Shown in pieces: positions 9,806 through 19,057 of a stretch of 64,000 nt of DNA. This DNA is from Candidatus Gottesmanbacteria bacterium. Its GTDB lineage: Bacteria; Patescibacteriota; Microgenomatia; JAMCYU01. The stretch covers positions 66,683 to 130,682 of the forward strand of contig JAZDMI010000021.1 in assembly GCA_043801155.1 (NCBI GenBank). The letters run 5' to 3'. Under the pieces are notes generated by a model. That model searched no databases. It was not told the origin of the DNA and saw nothing but the letters and a program-made list of their open reading frames with translations. Position numbers and translations under genes: made by a program. Position 1 is the stretch's first letter. Each line of letters begins with the position of its first letter.

Positions 9806-10582
9806 ATGGTTCTTGCGGATTTTCCGATTATTGGTAATTATATTAAAAGAGTATCAAATAATATTGAAAAATTTGGCTTGCAGGAATCAATCAAAAATGA
9901 ATTTAGAAAATCAGGAACCAAAATTGAGATTATCGGATTAGATAGTAATCTACTGGATATTCTTACCAATAAACCAGTTGTGCTTATTTCTAATCATCCT
10001 TATGAACTTGAGCCAACTGTAGTAATAGCTAGCTTACCGAAAAGGGAAGATTTTTATTTTGTAATAAATTCCGTATATCTGAATATTTTTTCCAGTTTAG
10101 ACAAATATTTAATCCCGGTTTTTATCCGTCACAAGTTTGTTTATAAAATTTTAAGCATCGATAGTTGGCTTCTTAAGTTTATAGATAAATTTAATCCGAC
10201 GCCTGTCTATCCTCCAGATATTGAACATCAAAAAAATATTGAGGCCATAAAATTGGCCAGTGAAAAAATAAAAGCAGAAGGTATGGTGTATATTACACCA
10301 GCCAGGTACCAAAATGTCCCCGGTTGGCATAAGGGTATCGGTTACTTAATAAAAGAACTCGGACCTGCTGAAAATATATATTATATTAAAACTTATGTAC
10401 AAAATTCCTCAACTCTGGATATTTTAAGACTTTTACCCTTAATCGGACATATACTACCAACGCTGAAGATATATTTTGGGAAACCACAAAAACTTTCAGA
10501 AATTTATGATGAAAACCCAAAAAGATTAACAACAAAATTAGAAAATCAATACAACTCGTGGATAAATACTTTATTACTTTAA
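9806..10582 (+). CDS. hypothetical protein (weak acyltransferase-like NHxxxxE motif)
   Basis: 258-aa ORF with good codon usage. No confident family assignment. Confidence 0.45.
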   Translation: MVLADFPIIGNYIKRVSNNIEKFGLQESIKNEFRKSGTKIEIIGLDSNLLDILTNKPVVLISNHPYELEPTVVIASLPKREDFYFVINSVYLNIFSSLDKYLIPVFIRHKFVYKILSIDSWLLKFIDKFNPTPVYPPDIEHQKNIEAIKLASEKIKAEGMVYITPARYQNVPGWHKGIGYLIKELGPAENIYYIKTYVQNSSTLDILRLLPLIGHILPTLKIYFGKPQKLSEIYDENPKRLTTKLENQYNSWINTLLL

Positions 10583-10606
10583 AGCAATAAAGTAGCTTCG
10601 TTATTA

Positions 10607-11170
10607 TTATCTCAAGAGAAGTTTAGCTGCTTGGTATTTTCCTTCAACCATTTTTTTGGCCTCGGGTATTGTCAATTTTTTCGTCCAGTCCCTTTCCAGC
10701 TTTTCTAAAACCCATTTAGCCGCCAGTTTCTCATCTTTATTATACTTATCCAAACCGACTCGTAAAAGAACGGGGATTACGTCAAAATGAGCCATGGCAT
10801 CGGCGTTAGCTAAAATTTTAGCGGTTAGACTTTTAGGTTTTATATCCTTGCTTCCTCGGTGAGATCCAATGGCTTCTTTGATTTCATCAATATCTTTTCT
10901 CGGATAGTTTAATTTCTTTAAAATTCTTTCTGCTTCCTTTTGGCCGGTAATTTCATGATTATCTTCACCGTATTTCATGCTGCCTAAATCGTGGAGCAGG
11001 GCTGCCAATTCAACTGTTTCTTCGCTGCCACCAAATTTTTTAGCCAGCATTTTGGCATAGGAAACAACCAGGGTAATATGTTGTTCCCAGACATTACTGG
11101 AATATCGTTTACATTTTAAACTTTCTTGTTTAACAATAACTCTGACTTCGGAGACTTGTAGTAGGGACAT
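10607..11170 (-). CDS. HD-domain phosphohydrolase
   Basis: H...HD...H...D metal-binding pattern (LAALLHDLGS, NADAMAHFD). 187 aa. Confidence 0.75.
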   Translation of the reverse strand: MSLLQVSEVRVIVKQESLKCKRYSSNVWEQHITLVVSYAKMLAKKFGGSEETVELAALLHDLGSMKYGEDNHEITGQKEAERILKKLNYPRKDIDEIKEAIGSHRGSKDIKPKSLTAKILANADAMAHFDVIPVLLRVGLDKYNKDEKLAAKWVLEKLERDWTKKLTIPEAKKMVEGKYQAAKLLLR

Positions 11171-11187
11171 ATGATATTAATTTTAGA

Positions 11188-11742
11188 TTAGGCGAATCTT
11201 TCTTTGAGAAACTCAATAAGGGGCCCTTTAGGTTTTATCATTTCTTGCTCATCATCATTAACAGTAATCTCCACATAACCAAGTCTTTGTAGTATCTCAG
11301 CAGCTTCTTGATATTCTAACGTTTGATCTGCTTGAATCTTCCTCTTCTTACTCTTGTCATTAATGGAATTCCTAAGTCTAAGAGGTAAAGATATATGATC
11401 ATCGCCAGAACTAATATTAATATCAAAACCACCTAATTGTTCATCGGGTCTCATGGGAATATTAATCCATCGTTGTTCGGGTTGGGCTTTTAAAGAAGCG
11501 ATTACAATTGCTGCCATTAATTGCTCTGCTTCGAAGTTATTAGCCGGAGACGAACTTAATGAGTCCACAACCAATTTATCGATATAAGGATCCTTTAGTA
11601 TCTCATATCTTGCCCGGCCGGGGATAACCTTTTTAATCGGATACTTTTGGTCTAATTCCGGATTAAAAGGAGAATATTTTTCGTCAATATCCTCAGAATT
11701 TTTAGAACCGGGAAATTGTTCGAATCCTCTATCATCACTCAT
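11188..11742 (-). CDS. hypothetical protein
   Basis: Start trimmed to ATG 11742 (MSDDRGFEQF...) so it does not overlap the upstream gene. Sits between the NTase and HD genes on the same strand. Confidence 0.5.
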   Translation of the reverse strand: MSDDRGFEQFPGSKNSEDIDEKYSPFNPELDQKYPIKKVIPGRARYEILKDPYIDKLVVDSLSSSPANNFEAEQLMAAIVIASLKAQPEQRWINIPMRPDEQLGGFDINISSGDDHISLPLRLRNSINDKSKKRKIQADQTLEYQEAAEILQRLGYVEITVNDDEQEMIKPKGPLIEFLKERFA

Positions 11743-11791
11743 AAATTTTTCCTTTCTAAACAAATAGAATATAAAGATATTATACAGTAAT

Positions 11792-12244
11792 TTATTTTGG
11801 CGTGAATTGGATATGTTCCTCTGGCGTTGGTGGAATTGGACCACCTGGTTCAGGTTGGGAATAGCAGTTTTCAATAGTTTTCTTTAAAAATTCTGACCCG
11901 GTTATAGGTACAAAACCAAAGCCTTTCCACTCTGCTATCTTTTCAAAGATCTTTGGTTTACCACGACCAACTCCGGCAATTCTTTTCATTCTTAAAGTTA
12001 ATTGTTCTGGTGATAAAATCCAGGTATCAACTGGTATTTTGTGGAGACTGCTTATTTGTTGCAGGATATCATTAAGTTCTGGTGTATCATTATTTCTGAC
12101 AATTAATATATCCAAGTCTGTATTTCTTGTCGGCGGTACACTATAAAAAGCTACAGATTGAATTTCTGGCTTATTAACAAGTTTGTTTTTTAATGATCCG
12201 GCAATAACTTCCGCCATTCCCAATAATATTTCTGTTTCAGACAT
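11792..12244 (-). CDS. Pol-beta-superfamily nucleotidyltransferase domain protein
   Basis: AGS...(22 aa)...TDLDILIV...PVDTW fits the hG[GS]-x(n)-[DE]h[DE]h-...-[DE] catalytic core of minimal NTases. Confidence 0.6.
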   Translation of the reverse strand: MSETEILLGMAEVIAGSLKNKLVNKPEIQSVAFYSVPPTRNTDLDILIVRNNDTPELNDILQQISSLHKIPVDTWILSPEQLTLRMKRIAGVGRGKPKIFEKIAEWKGFGFVPITGSEFLKKTIENCYSQPEPGGPIPPTPEEHIQFTPK

Positions 12245-12470
12245 AAAATAAGTCGAGCGAAACGACAGGTCTTGAACTTTGCAAATTACTCGTTAATGTG
12301 GTTTTCTCTAATTGGTATTATACCAAATTTGTTCTTTTGATTTTGGGTGTTTACAATATGGGATAAGTTAGTTGACATTATTAAAAGCGATACGCATTAT
12401 AGTGAAAAATATTGCCGGTAAGTAAAACTAAGAGTATCATTATCCGAAAAAATGACTCGTACTGATATTT

Positions 12471-13244
12471 ATGAACATAATTCATACTTTTATACAAAAA
12501 CTAAGCATATTAATTGACCCCATCTTTTATATCAGAAAGAAAAGAATAGGAAAAAACACATACCAAATAACAAAAAAGGTCAAACTGATGGTTCGTCCGG
12601 GAACAACGGACATGTTGATTGTCGCTGAAGTATTTACTTTTAAACAATATGGTATTGAACATCATCCCATAAAACCAGCAGATATAGTGGTTGATTTGGG
12701 AGCTCATATAGGAGCTTTTACGATCTATGCCGCAAGTCTGGCATATAAAGGGGAGGTCTATGCCTATGAACCCAATCCTTCAAACTTTGCCTATTTGAAA
12801 GAAAATATCCGTCTGAATAAATCCAGAAATATATCGATATTTAACAGTGCCGTTTCATCCAGCACCCAGCCGATTCGTTTATACATATCATCATCTGAAA
12901 GCGAACACAATCTTTATCAATCTGAAACTTCAAAATATCTTCTAGTTTCGTCGTTAACGCTCAATGATATTTTTACAAAAAACGGTTTATCCCGGATAAA
13001 CTATTTAAAACTTGACGTTGAAGGAGCTGAGTATGATATTTTGCTTAATACCCCAAGAAAAATATTGCAGCTGATAGATACTATTGTTTTTGAATACCAT
13101 GATTACCTTTCTCATGGACATACACATCATGAGTTGGTAAAAACTCTAAAAGAAGCAGGTTTTACGATTTACTACAATTGGCCAACTCTTATTGGCGATA
13201 TTATGAAGATGGGAAATATCTTGGCAACGAGGATAAAAGAATAA
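12471..13244 (+). CDS. FkbM-family SAM-dependent methyltransferase
   Basis: ...MVRPGTTDMLIVAEVF...DLGAHIGAFTIYAA... is the typical FkbM core. The true start may be ATG 12588. Promoter TTGACA at 12372. Confidence 0.7.
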   Translation: MNIIHTFIQKLSILIDPIFYIRKKRIGKNTYQITKKVKLMVRPGTTDMLIVAEVFTFKQYGIEHHPIKPADIVVDLGAHIGAFTIYAASLAYKGEVYAYEPNPSNFAYLKENIRLNKSRNISIFNSAVSSSTQPIRLYISSSESEHNLYQSETSKYLLVSSLTLNDIFTKNGLSRINYLKLDVEGAEYDILLNTPRKILQLIDTIVFEYHDYLSHGHTHHELVKTLKEAGFTIYYNWPTLIGDIMKMGNILATRIKE

Positions 13245-13256
13245 TTACAATTTTAG

Positions 13257-13327
13257 TCGGGGTGCAGGGAATTGAACCCTGTCCGCATGACCCCCAGCCA
13301 CGCATTCTGCCGTTAAACCACACCCCG
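13257..13327 (-). tRNA. tRNA, tentatively tRNA-Pro(GGG); CCA not encoded
   Basis: On the minus strand: acceptor stem CGGGGTG/CACCCCG, T arm CAGGG-TTCAATT-CCCTG, anticodon loop CTGGGGG. The D-arm pairing is poor, so the isotype call is tentative. Confidence 0.7.
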
Positions 13328-13397
13328 TATGAGAAACACTTGTATTTTACCATTGATTGTGCTAAAAGTGAAGAGAAATTTATAAGGAGAAAATAAT

Positions 13398-14438
13398 ATG
13401 GCGACAAATGATAATCCAAAACTTCAGGCAGTAAAATTGGCCATGGAGCAGATTGAAAAACAATACGGTAAGGGTTCAATTATGCGCCTCGGCGAAACTG
13501 CAGCGAAAACTCCAACTGACGTAGTTTCTACCGGTTCTTTGGCTTTAGATATTGCCTTAGGAGTTGGCGGTGTTCCGCGGGGAAGAATTGTGGAAATTTT
13601 TGGACCGGAAGCATCAGGCAAAACTAGTTTGACTTTATCGATTATTGCCCAGGCACAAAAGGCTGGCGGTACAGCCGCTTTTATTGATGCCGAACATGCC
13701 CTTGATCCTTCTTGGGCAAAAGTAATTGGTGTTGATTTGGATAATCTTTTAATCTCTCAGCCGGATACGGGAGAACAGGCTTTAGAAATTGCCGAAACAT
13801 TAATCAGAAGCGGTGCAGTTGATATTGTCGTTATTGATTCAGTCGCCGCTCTTGTTCCCCGGGCAGAAATTGAAGGAGAAATGGGAGACTCAATGATGGG
13901 TGTTCAAGCAAGATTAATGTCACAGGCACTGCGTAAATTAACCGGTGTTATTTCTAAATCAAAAACAGTCGCCATTTTTACCAACCAGCTTCGCCAAAAA
14001 ATCGGCATAATGTTTGGCAATCCCGAGACAACACCCGGAGGATTGGCTCTTAAATTTTATTCTTCGGTTAGACTTGATTGCCGTAAAATTGAAATGCTTA
14101 AAGACGGCGATAATGTAATCGGCAGCCGCCACCGGATTAAAATTGTAAAAAATAAAGTTGCTCCTCCGTTTAGAACCGCTGAACTCGATATTCTACCGAT
14201 GGAGGGTATTTCTAAAGAGAGTGGACTTTTAGATGTTGGTATCGAATTAGGTGTTATTCAGAAAAGCGGCGCTTTCTTAAAATATGGTACCCATATGTTA
14301 GGACAAGGAAAAGAAGCCGCCAGAATTTTTCTTAAGGAATCATCCAAAATTGCCAAAGAAATTACTGATGATATTTGGAAACAGGTTAAAAGCGGAAAAC
14401 CAATCCCAAAAGAACTAGGTGAAGACGAAGCTGAATAA
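13398..14438 (+). CDS. recA: recombinase RecA
   Basis: [12 protein letters not shown] Walker A, L1/L2 loop regions, 346 aa. Confidence 0.97.
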   Translation: MATNDNPKLQAVKLAMEQIEKQYGKGSIMRLGETAAKTPTDVVSTGSLALDIALGVGGVPRGRIVEIFGPEASGKTSLTLSIIAQAQKAGGTAAFIDAEHALDPSWAKVIGVDLDNLLISQPDTGEQALEIAETLIRSGAVDIVVIDSVAALVPRAEIEGEMGDSMMGVQARLMSQALRKLTGVISKSKTVAIFTNQLRQKIGIMFGNPETTPGGLALKFYSSVRLDCRKIEMLKDGDNVIGSRHRIKIVKNKVAPPFRTAELDILPMEGISKESGLLDVGIELGVIQKSGAFLKYGTHMLGQGKEAARIFLKESSKIAKEITDDIWKQVKSGKPIPKELGEDEAE

Positions 14439-14440
14439 TA

Positions 14441-15082
14441 ATGTCCCTAATTACTGATATAAAACCTCAAAAGAATCTTCGCCACGGAGAACCGCGGTTT
14501 AATATTTATCTTGATGGTAAATTTTCTTTTGCCGTGCCTGCCGAAGTTTTAGCGAAGGCGGGGCTGAAAATTCAACAACAGCTTACTCAAGAAAATATCC
14601 AGAAACTAATTAAAGAAAATGAATTAGATAAATATTATAATTTGGCTTTACAATTTTTATCCTTTCGTCCCCGCTCTGAAAAAGAACTGAAAGATTGGTT
14701 TAGGAAAAAAGAAGTTGGAGAAGACACCCAAAAAGTTATCTGGGAAAAATTAAAACACTTGGGATATATAAATGATGAAGAGTTTATAAAGTGGTGGGTA
14801 GACCAACGTCAGACATTTAAACCTCGGGGAAAGCGGGCTTTAGAGATGGAACTTTGGCAAAAAGGTATTTCTAAAGACTTAGTATCTAAGTATCTTAGTG
14901 TCACAGTATCATCTTTGTCTGAACTAGATTTAGCCAAAAAAGCAGCCGAGAAAAAGATAAAATTATGGGAAAAATTGCCTCCTTTAGAATTCCGGCAAAA
15001 AATTACCGCCTTCTTAGCCCGCCGGGGTTTTTCCTGGGAAATAATCGATAAAATAATTGACGAAATTGGTCAAAAAGAGTAA
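14441..15082 (+). CDS. recX: RecA regulator RecX
   Basis: Directly downstream of recA. Three-helix repeat pattern ...SFRPRSEKELKDWFRKK...EEFIKWWVDQRQ...KGISKD. Confidence 0.8.
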   Translation: MSLITDIKPQKNLRHGEPRFNIYLDGKFSFAVPAEVLAKAGLKIQQQLTQENIQKLIKENELDKYYNLALQFLSFRPRSEKELKDWFRKKEVGEDTQKVIWEKLKHLGYINDEEFIKWWVDQRQTFKPRGKRALEMELWQKGISKDLVSKYLSVTVSSLSELDLAKKAAEKKIKLWEKLPPLEFRQKITAFLARRGFSWEIIDKIIDEIGQKE

Positions 15083-15194
15083 GATATTAGGTATTAAATA
15101 CTGAATGATGAATAGCTAAAAATATGATTATAAGCTTAATTACACATCATTTTTTACCCACTAAAGCAGACTAATCCGCCGGTGGGCGGACCTC

Positions 15195-16715
15195 GTGGGC
15201 TTCATTCAGTACTATTTTATAAATTTATCGTTATTTTTTGGAGGATTTATGTCATTTTTTGATAGCATAAAAAGCATTTTTCAAAAGCCTAAGAAGAAAA
15301 AAGCTGAACACGAAGTAATAACTCGTCAACAAACACCTTCACCGCAATCGGTTTCACCGGTCGATCAAGCCCGGACCCAAGAAATTATTTTAGAAGCCAA
15401 AAACGAAGCTTTTAAAATAAAACAACAAGCCCAAGAAGAGGCGGCTAAACTCCGCGGTCAAGAAGCAGAAATTGCTAAAAGACAAGGAGCCTTAGAGGAA
15501 AAGGAAAAATATTTAAATGTCAAAGATCAGGAACTGCAAACACGTTTAGCCGAAATTGACAAAATCAAACAAGACCAAGTTGCCAAACTGGAGCGAGCGG
15601 CTGGCTTAACCCGAGACGAGGCCAAAGGTTTGATACTTACGGCATTGGAAGATAGATTAAAAGAAGATATTGCTAAAAGAATTAAAGAAGCCGATGCTAA
15701 GGCTGCCGAAGATGCTGATAAAAAAGCCAAAGAGATTTTGGTTGAGGCGATGCGGCATGGCGCGATTGATTATGTGGCTGAATATACTGTTTCAACTGTC
15801 AAACTGCCCGATGAAGAAATGAAAGGCAGAATAATTGGTAAAGAAGGTAGAAATATAAGGACTTTAGAAACAGCTACCGGTGTTGATTTTGATTTGGACG
15901 AAGAAGGTATCATTAGACTGTCATCTTTTGACCCGATCAGAAGAGAAATTGGCCGGGTGGCGGTGGAGCGTTTAATAGCTGATGGAAGGATTCAGCCGGG
16001 GAGAATTGAAGAGATTGTTGAACATACCAAGAAAGATATTGGAAAAATCATGTTTGAAGAAGGAGAAAAGCTAGCTCATTCTGTAGGCGTGTATAATTTA
16101 CCGGCTGATAAAATTGCTCTCTTGGGAAGATTTAAATATCGATTTTCATATGGTCAAAATATGATTACCCACACAATGGAAGAAACTAAAATCGGTATTG
16201 CCCTAGCCCAGGAAGTCGGAGCTAATGTGAATATTGTGCGTTTAGGCTGTCTGCTCCATGATATTGGTAAAGTCATAACCGAAGAAGAAGGTACCCATGT
16301 TAGTTTGGCTGTTGATCTTTTACGGAAAAATGGTATGCCGGATGCAGTCATCGCTTGTGTGGCCGAGCACCATGAGGATAAACCATTTTCGTCAATTGAA
16401 TCAATGATTGTTTATATTGCTGATGCGATTTCCGGTGCCAGACCAGGAGCCAGATATGAAGATTATGAAGAATATTTAAAAAGACTGACTGATCTTGAGG
16501 AAATTGCTAAATCTAAAGAAGGCGTGAAAGAAGCATATGCATTTCAGGCTGGCCGGGAAATAAGGGTTATTGTTGATCCGGGAAAAGTTGATGACAATGC
16601 TGCCACAATTTTAGCCCAAAAAATAAAAGATGAAATTGAAAAGAAATTAACTTTCCCGGGACAAGTGAAGGTAACAGTAATTCGTGAACTTCGAGTAATC
16701 GAAACAGCTCAATAA
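15195..16715 (+). CDS. rny: ribonuclease Y
   Basis: N-terminal TM, coiled coil, KH domain (GRIIGKEGRNIRTLE), HD domain (LLHDIGK...HHE). Confidence 0.9.
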   Translation: MGFIQYYFINLSLFFGGFMSFFDSIKSIFQKPKKKKAEHEVITRQQTPSPQSVSPVDQARTQEIILEAKNEAFKIKQQAQEEAAKLRGQEAEIAKRQGALEEKEKYLNVKDQELQTRLAEIDKIKQDQVAKLERAAGLTRDEAKGLILTALEDRLKEDIAKRIKEADAKAAEDADKKAKEILVEAMRHGAIDYVAEYTVSTVKLPDEEMKGRIIGKEGRNIRTLETATGVDFDLDEEGIIRLSSFDPIRREIGRVAVERLIADGRIQPGRIEEIVEHTKKDIGKIMFEEGEKLAHSVGVYNLPADKIALLGRFKYRFSYGQNMITHTMEETKIGIALAQEVGANVNIVRLGCLLHDIGKVITEEEGTHVSLAVDLLRKNGMPDAVIACVAEHHEDKPFSSIESMIVYIADAISGARPGARYEDYEEYLKRLTDLEEIAKSKEGVKEAYAFQAGREIRVIVDPGKVDDNAATILAQKIKDEIEKKLTFPGQVKVTVIRELRVIETAQ

Positions 16716-16830
16716 GCTTTTAATATATACACTTTGGATATGTTTTTGGCTTCCTAACTGGGAATTTAAGATGCCTATTGCTTCATACCTTGTTCTGACA
16801 ATCTATCTAGTTTGTTATATTTAATATATC

Positions 16831-16889
16831 TTGACAAGACAATAAAAATTGTCTACATTGATGAAAAGATATTGATATAACAATATCTT
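16831..16889 (+). promoter_or_regulatory. hup promoter (TTGACA 16831) with two inverted repeats
   Basis: TTGACA-17-TACATT. Inverted repeats AGACAAT-aaaa-ATTGTCT and AAGATATTG-atataa-CAATATCTT sit at or after the predicted start of a roughly 130-nt leader. Confidence 0.4.
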
Positions 16890-17005
16890 CAAAAAACAGA
16901 GCCTGCCCGAGCCCTCCTTTGTCCTAATTTTATTGGGACTTCGGCGGGCTTAAGAAACTCTAATCTCGTGAAGCTCGAAAAGAGTTCCTGAAGGAGGTGA
17001 AAAAA

Positions 17006-17278
17006 ATGACAAAAGCTGATTTAATCGACTACGTTGCTAAAAAAGTTAATTTGACGAATAAGGCTGCCAGAGAAGCAGTCGTTGCTATCTTTGGAGGAAT
17101 TTCTGATTCTCTTAAAAAAGGCGATAAAGTCGTCTTAACCGGATTTGGAACTTTCTCTGTTCGTTCTCGAGCAGCCAGAAAGGGACGAAATCCGCAAACT
17201 GGAGCCGCTATTGATATTCCGGCTAGAAAAACTCCGGGTTTTACAGCAGGTAAAGCATTGAAAAAAGTCGTTAGGTAA
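17006..17278 (+). CDS. hup: DNA-binding protein HU
   Basis: MTKADLIDYVAKK...GFGTFSVRSRAARKGRNPQTG with the beta-arm signature. RBS AAGGAGGTG. The GTG at 16997 given by the ORF track lies inside the RBS. Confidence 0.92.
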   Translation: MTKADLIDYVAKKVNLTNKAAREAVVAIFGGISDSLKKGDKVVLTGFGTFSVRSRAARKGRNPQTGAAIDIPARKTPGFTAGKALKKVVR

Positions 17279-17300
17279 TATTTGTTGATAACGAGATTAA

Positions 17301-17336
17301 AGAGAGGTAATCCGCTAAAGGCGGAACCTCTTTTTT
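17301..17336 (+). terminator. rho-independent terminator of hup
   Basis: gaggtaatccgctaaaggcggaacctc followed by tttttt. Confidence 0.7.
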
Positions 17337-17390
17337 GGTGCAAAGACAGAAAACAAGCATAAATTTTATCCCTACTGTATAATACATTTC

Positions 17391-17477
17391 ATGAAATATC
17401 TTATTAAGACTTTTGGTTGTCAGATGAACCCGCCTTCGCTAAGGCTATGGCAGGGCGAGACTACTGTTTTAATATAA
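17391..17477 (+). other. 28-codon leaderless upstream ORF MKYLIKTFGCQMNPPSLRLWQGETTVLI coupled to miaB by TAATG overlap
   Basis: -10 TATAAT at 17376. The uORF carries the canonical MiaB N-terminal motif IKTFGCQMN. The same nine residues recur in the main ORF, with 6 of 9 codons synonymously different. Confidence 0.35.
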
Positions 17478-18502
17478 TGACTATGAATAAAAGTAAGTCC
17501 TTTTTTATCAAGACATTCGGATGCCAAATGAACGAGGCGGATTCGGAAAAGATTGGCGGTTGGTATGAGTCGCGAGGGTGGAAAAAAGCTAAATCTATCA
17601 ATGAGGCAGACGAAATAATTATTAATACTTGTTCAGTAAGACAATCAGCCGAGCATCGGGTAATGGGACTGATAAACAATATCAAAAGTCAAAATGCAAA
17701 AGTCAAAGACAAAAGGCCAAGGATTATCTTAACCGGTTGCATGTTATATCATGGAATGACTACTTTAAAACAAAAGTTGCCAGATGTTGATCAATTCGTA
17801 GGAGTAAAAGATTTAATTCATAATTCTGAATTCTTAATTCTTAATTCAAAAGCCCCAGCTTTTATTCCCATCATGGAAGGTTGTAATAATTTTTGTACCT
17901 ATTGTGTAGTGCCTTATGCCAGAGGTAGAGAGAAATCGCGGCATCTTGACGAAATTATCTGTGAGGTTAAAGAATTAGTAAAAAGGGGCACTAGAAAGAT
18001 CATGATTTTAGGACAAAACGTAAATTCATTTCAACCTTCTTTTGCCGAATTATTAATCAATTTAAATAAAATTTCCGGTTTAGAAAAAATTTCTTTTATG
18101 ACTTCAAATCCTTGGGATTTAACTGATGAGATTATTAATGCCATGAAGCTTCCAAAAGTTGACAGATATTTACATCTACCAGTACAGTCAGGTGATGATG
18201 AGATTTTGCGAAAAATGAATCGACATTATACCGCAAAACAGTATTTACAATTAGTAAAGAAAATACGAAATGAAATACCGGAAATAAAAATCGGGACTGA
18301 TATTATTGTTGGATTTCCAGGTGAAACAGAAGAGCAATTTAATAATACCGTCAGACTATGTAAAAAAGTTGGATTTATAAAGGCTTATATTGCCCGATAT
18401 TCACCACGGCCGGTAACAACAGCTTATAAATTAAAAGATAATGTCAGTCCGCAGGAAAAGAAAAGAAGATGGCAAATTTTGGAAAACTTGATTAATTCTT
18501 AA
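17477..18502 (+). CDS. miaB: tRNA-i6A37 methylthiotransferase MiaB (radical SAM, MiaB/RimO family)
   Basis: MTTase N-terminal FIKTFGCQMNEADSE, radical-SAM CNNFCTYCVVP, TRAM domain. ATG 17477 preferred over the ORF-track TTG 17417. Confidence 0.85.
   Translation: MTMNKSKSFFIKTFGCQMNEADSEKIGGWYESRGWKKAKSINEADEIIINTCSVRQSAEHRVMGLINNIKSQNAKVKDKRPRIILTGCMLYHGMTTLKQKLPDVDQFVGVKDLIHNSEFLILNSKAPAFIPIMEGCNNFCTYCVVPYARGREKSRHLDEIICEVKELVKRGTRKIMILGQNVNSFQPSFAELLINLNKISGLEKISFMTSNPWDLTDEIINAMKLPKVDRYLHLPVQSGDDEILRKMNRHYTAKQYLQLVKKIRNEIPEIKIGTDIIVGFPGETEEQFNNTVRLCKKVGFIKAYIARYSPRPVTTAYKLKDNVSPQEKKRRWQILENLINS
17822..17848 (+). repeat. heptanucleotide tandem repeat (AATTCTK) about 4 copies inside miaB
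   Basis: aattctg aattctt aattctt aattca. Encodes NSEFLILNS. Related to the map repeat AATTCAG. Confidence 0.8.
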
Positions 18503-18528
18503 GTAATTATATACCATATATTACAATC

Positions 18529-19056
18529 ATGGATAATTTAAAAAGATTTTTCTTAAAACCTCCATATACATTTTATGAAAAATTTATAAAAAGACAGAAA
18601 GAAGGACTGTCGTTTATAATTTTATTCTTTTTCTTGATTACATTTATTCTTGCACGCACCTGGGTCTATTTATCGATAATTGGATTAATTCCCGAATCAT
18701 TAACGGAGAATATTCGCGGGGTTCATATTCATCATTTTGCCTGGGGTATATTATTAAATAGTATTATTGGCTATTTAGTTCTAGTCTTACCAAGGCATTA
18801 TTTTGAAGTTTGGAAAACAAAACTATCGGCTCTTTTTGGCATTGGATTAGCGCTGACATTTGATGAATTTGGGATGTGGTTAAGACTTCAGGATAATTAC
18901 GTTTTTCGTCACGGATACGATGTTATCATTATTATTACCCTTCTGTTTTTAAACATTATATATTTTAGTAATCTATGGAAAAGAATTGGATCGTTAATAT
19001 ATAGAGATATTATGAGGATAAAGATACCAAAATTTTTTCGAAGTCTTTTAGGCTAA
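18529..19056 (+). CDS. hypothetical integral membrane protein
   Basis: 175 aa with about 4 predicted TM helices. Located between miaB and miaA. Confidence 0.5.
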   Translation: MDNLKRFFLKPPYTFYEKFIKRQKEGLSFIILFFFLITFILARTWVYLSIIGLIPESLTENIRGVHIHHFAWGILLNSIIGYLVLVLPRHYFEVWKTKLSALFGIGLALTFDEFGMWLRLQDNYVFRHGYDVIIIITLLFLNIIYFSNLWKRIGSLIYRDIMRIKIPKFFRSLLG

Positions 19057-19057
19057 T

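Noticed and set aside
13178-13396. 72-aa plus-strand ORF between the methyltransferase and recA
   Set aside because: It is antisense to the tRNA at 13257-13327 and overlaps the methyltransferase end. No RBS.
16716-17005. Possible SRP RNA, tmRNA or 6S RNA in the 290-nt gap before hup
   Set aside because: No SRP domain IV motif, no tmRNA tag-reading frame and no tRNA-like 3' end. Better explained as the hup promoter plus leader.
17417-17476. ORF-track TTG start of miaB giving the N-terminal extension MSDEPAFAKAMAGRDYCFNI
   Set aside because: The extension is out of frame with the uORF it overlaps. ATG 17477 follows a TAATG coupling site and gives a canonical MiaB N-terminus. The TTG start cannot be fully excluded.
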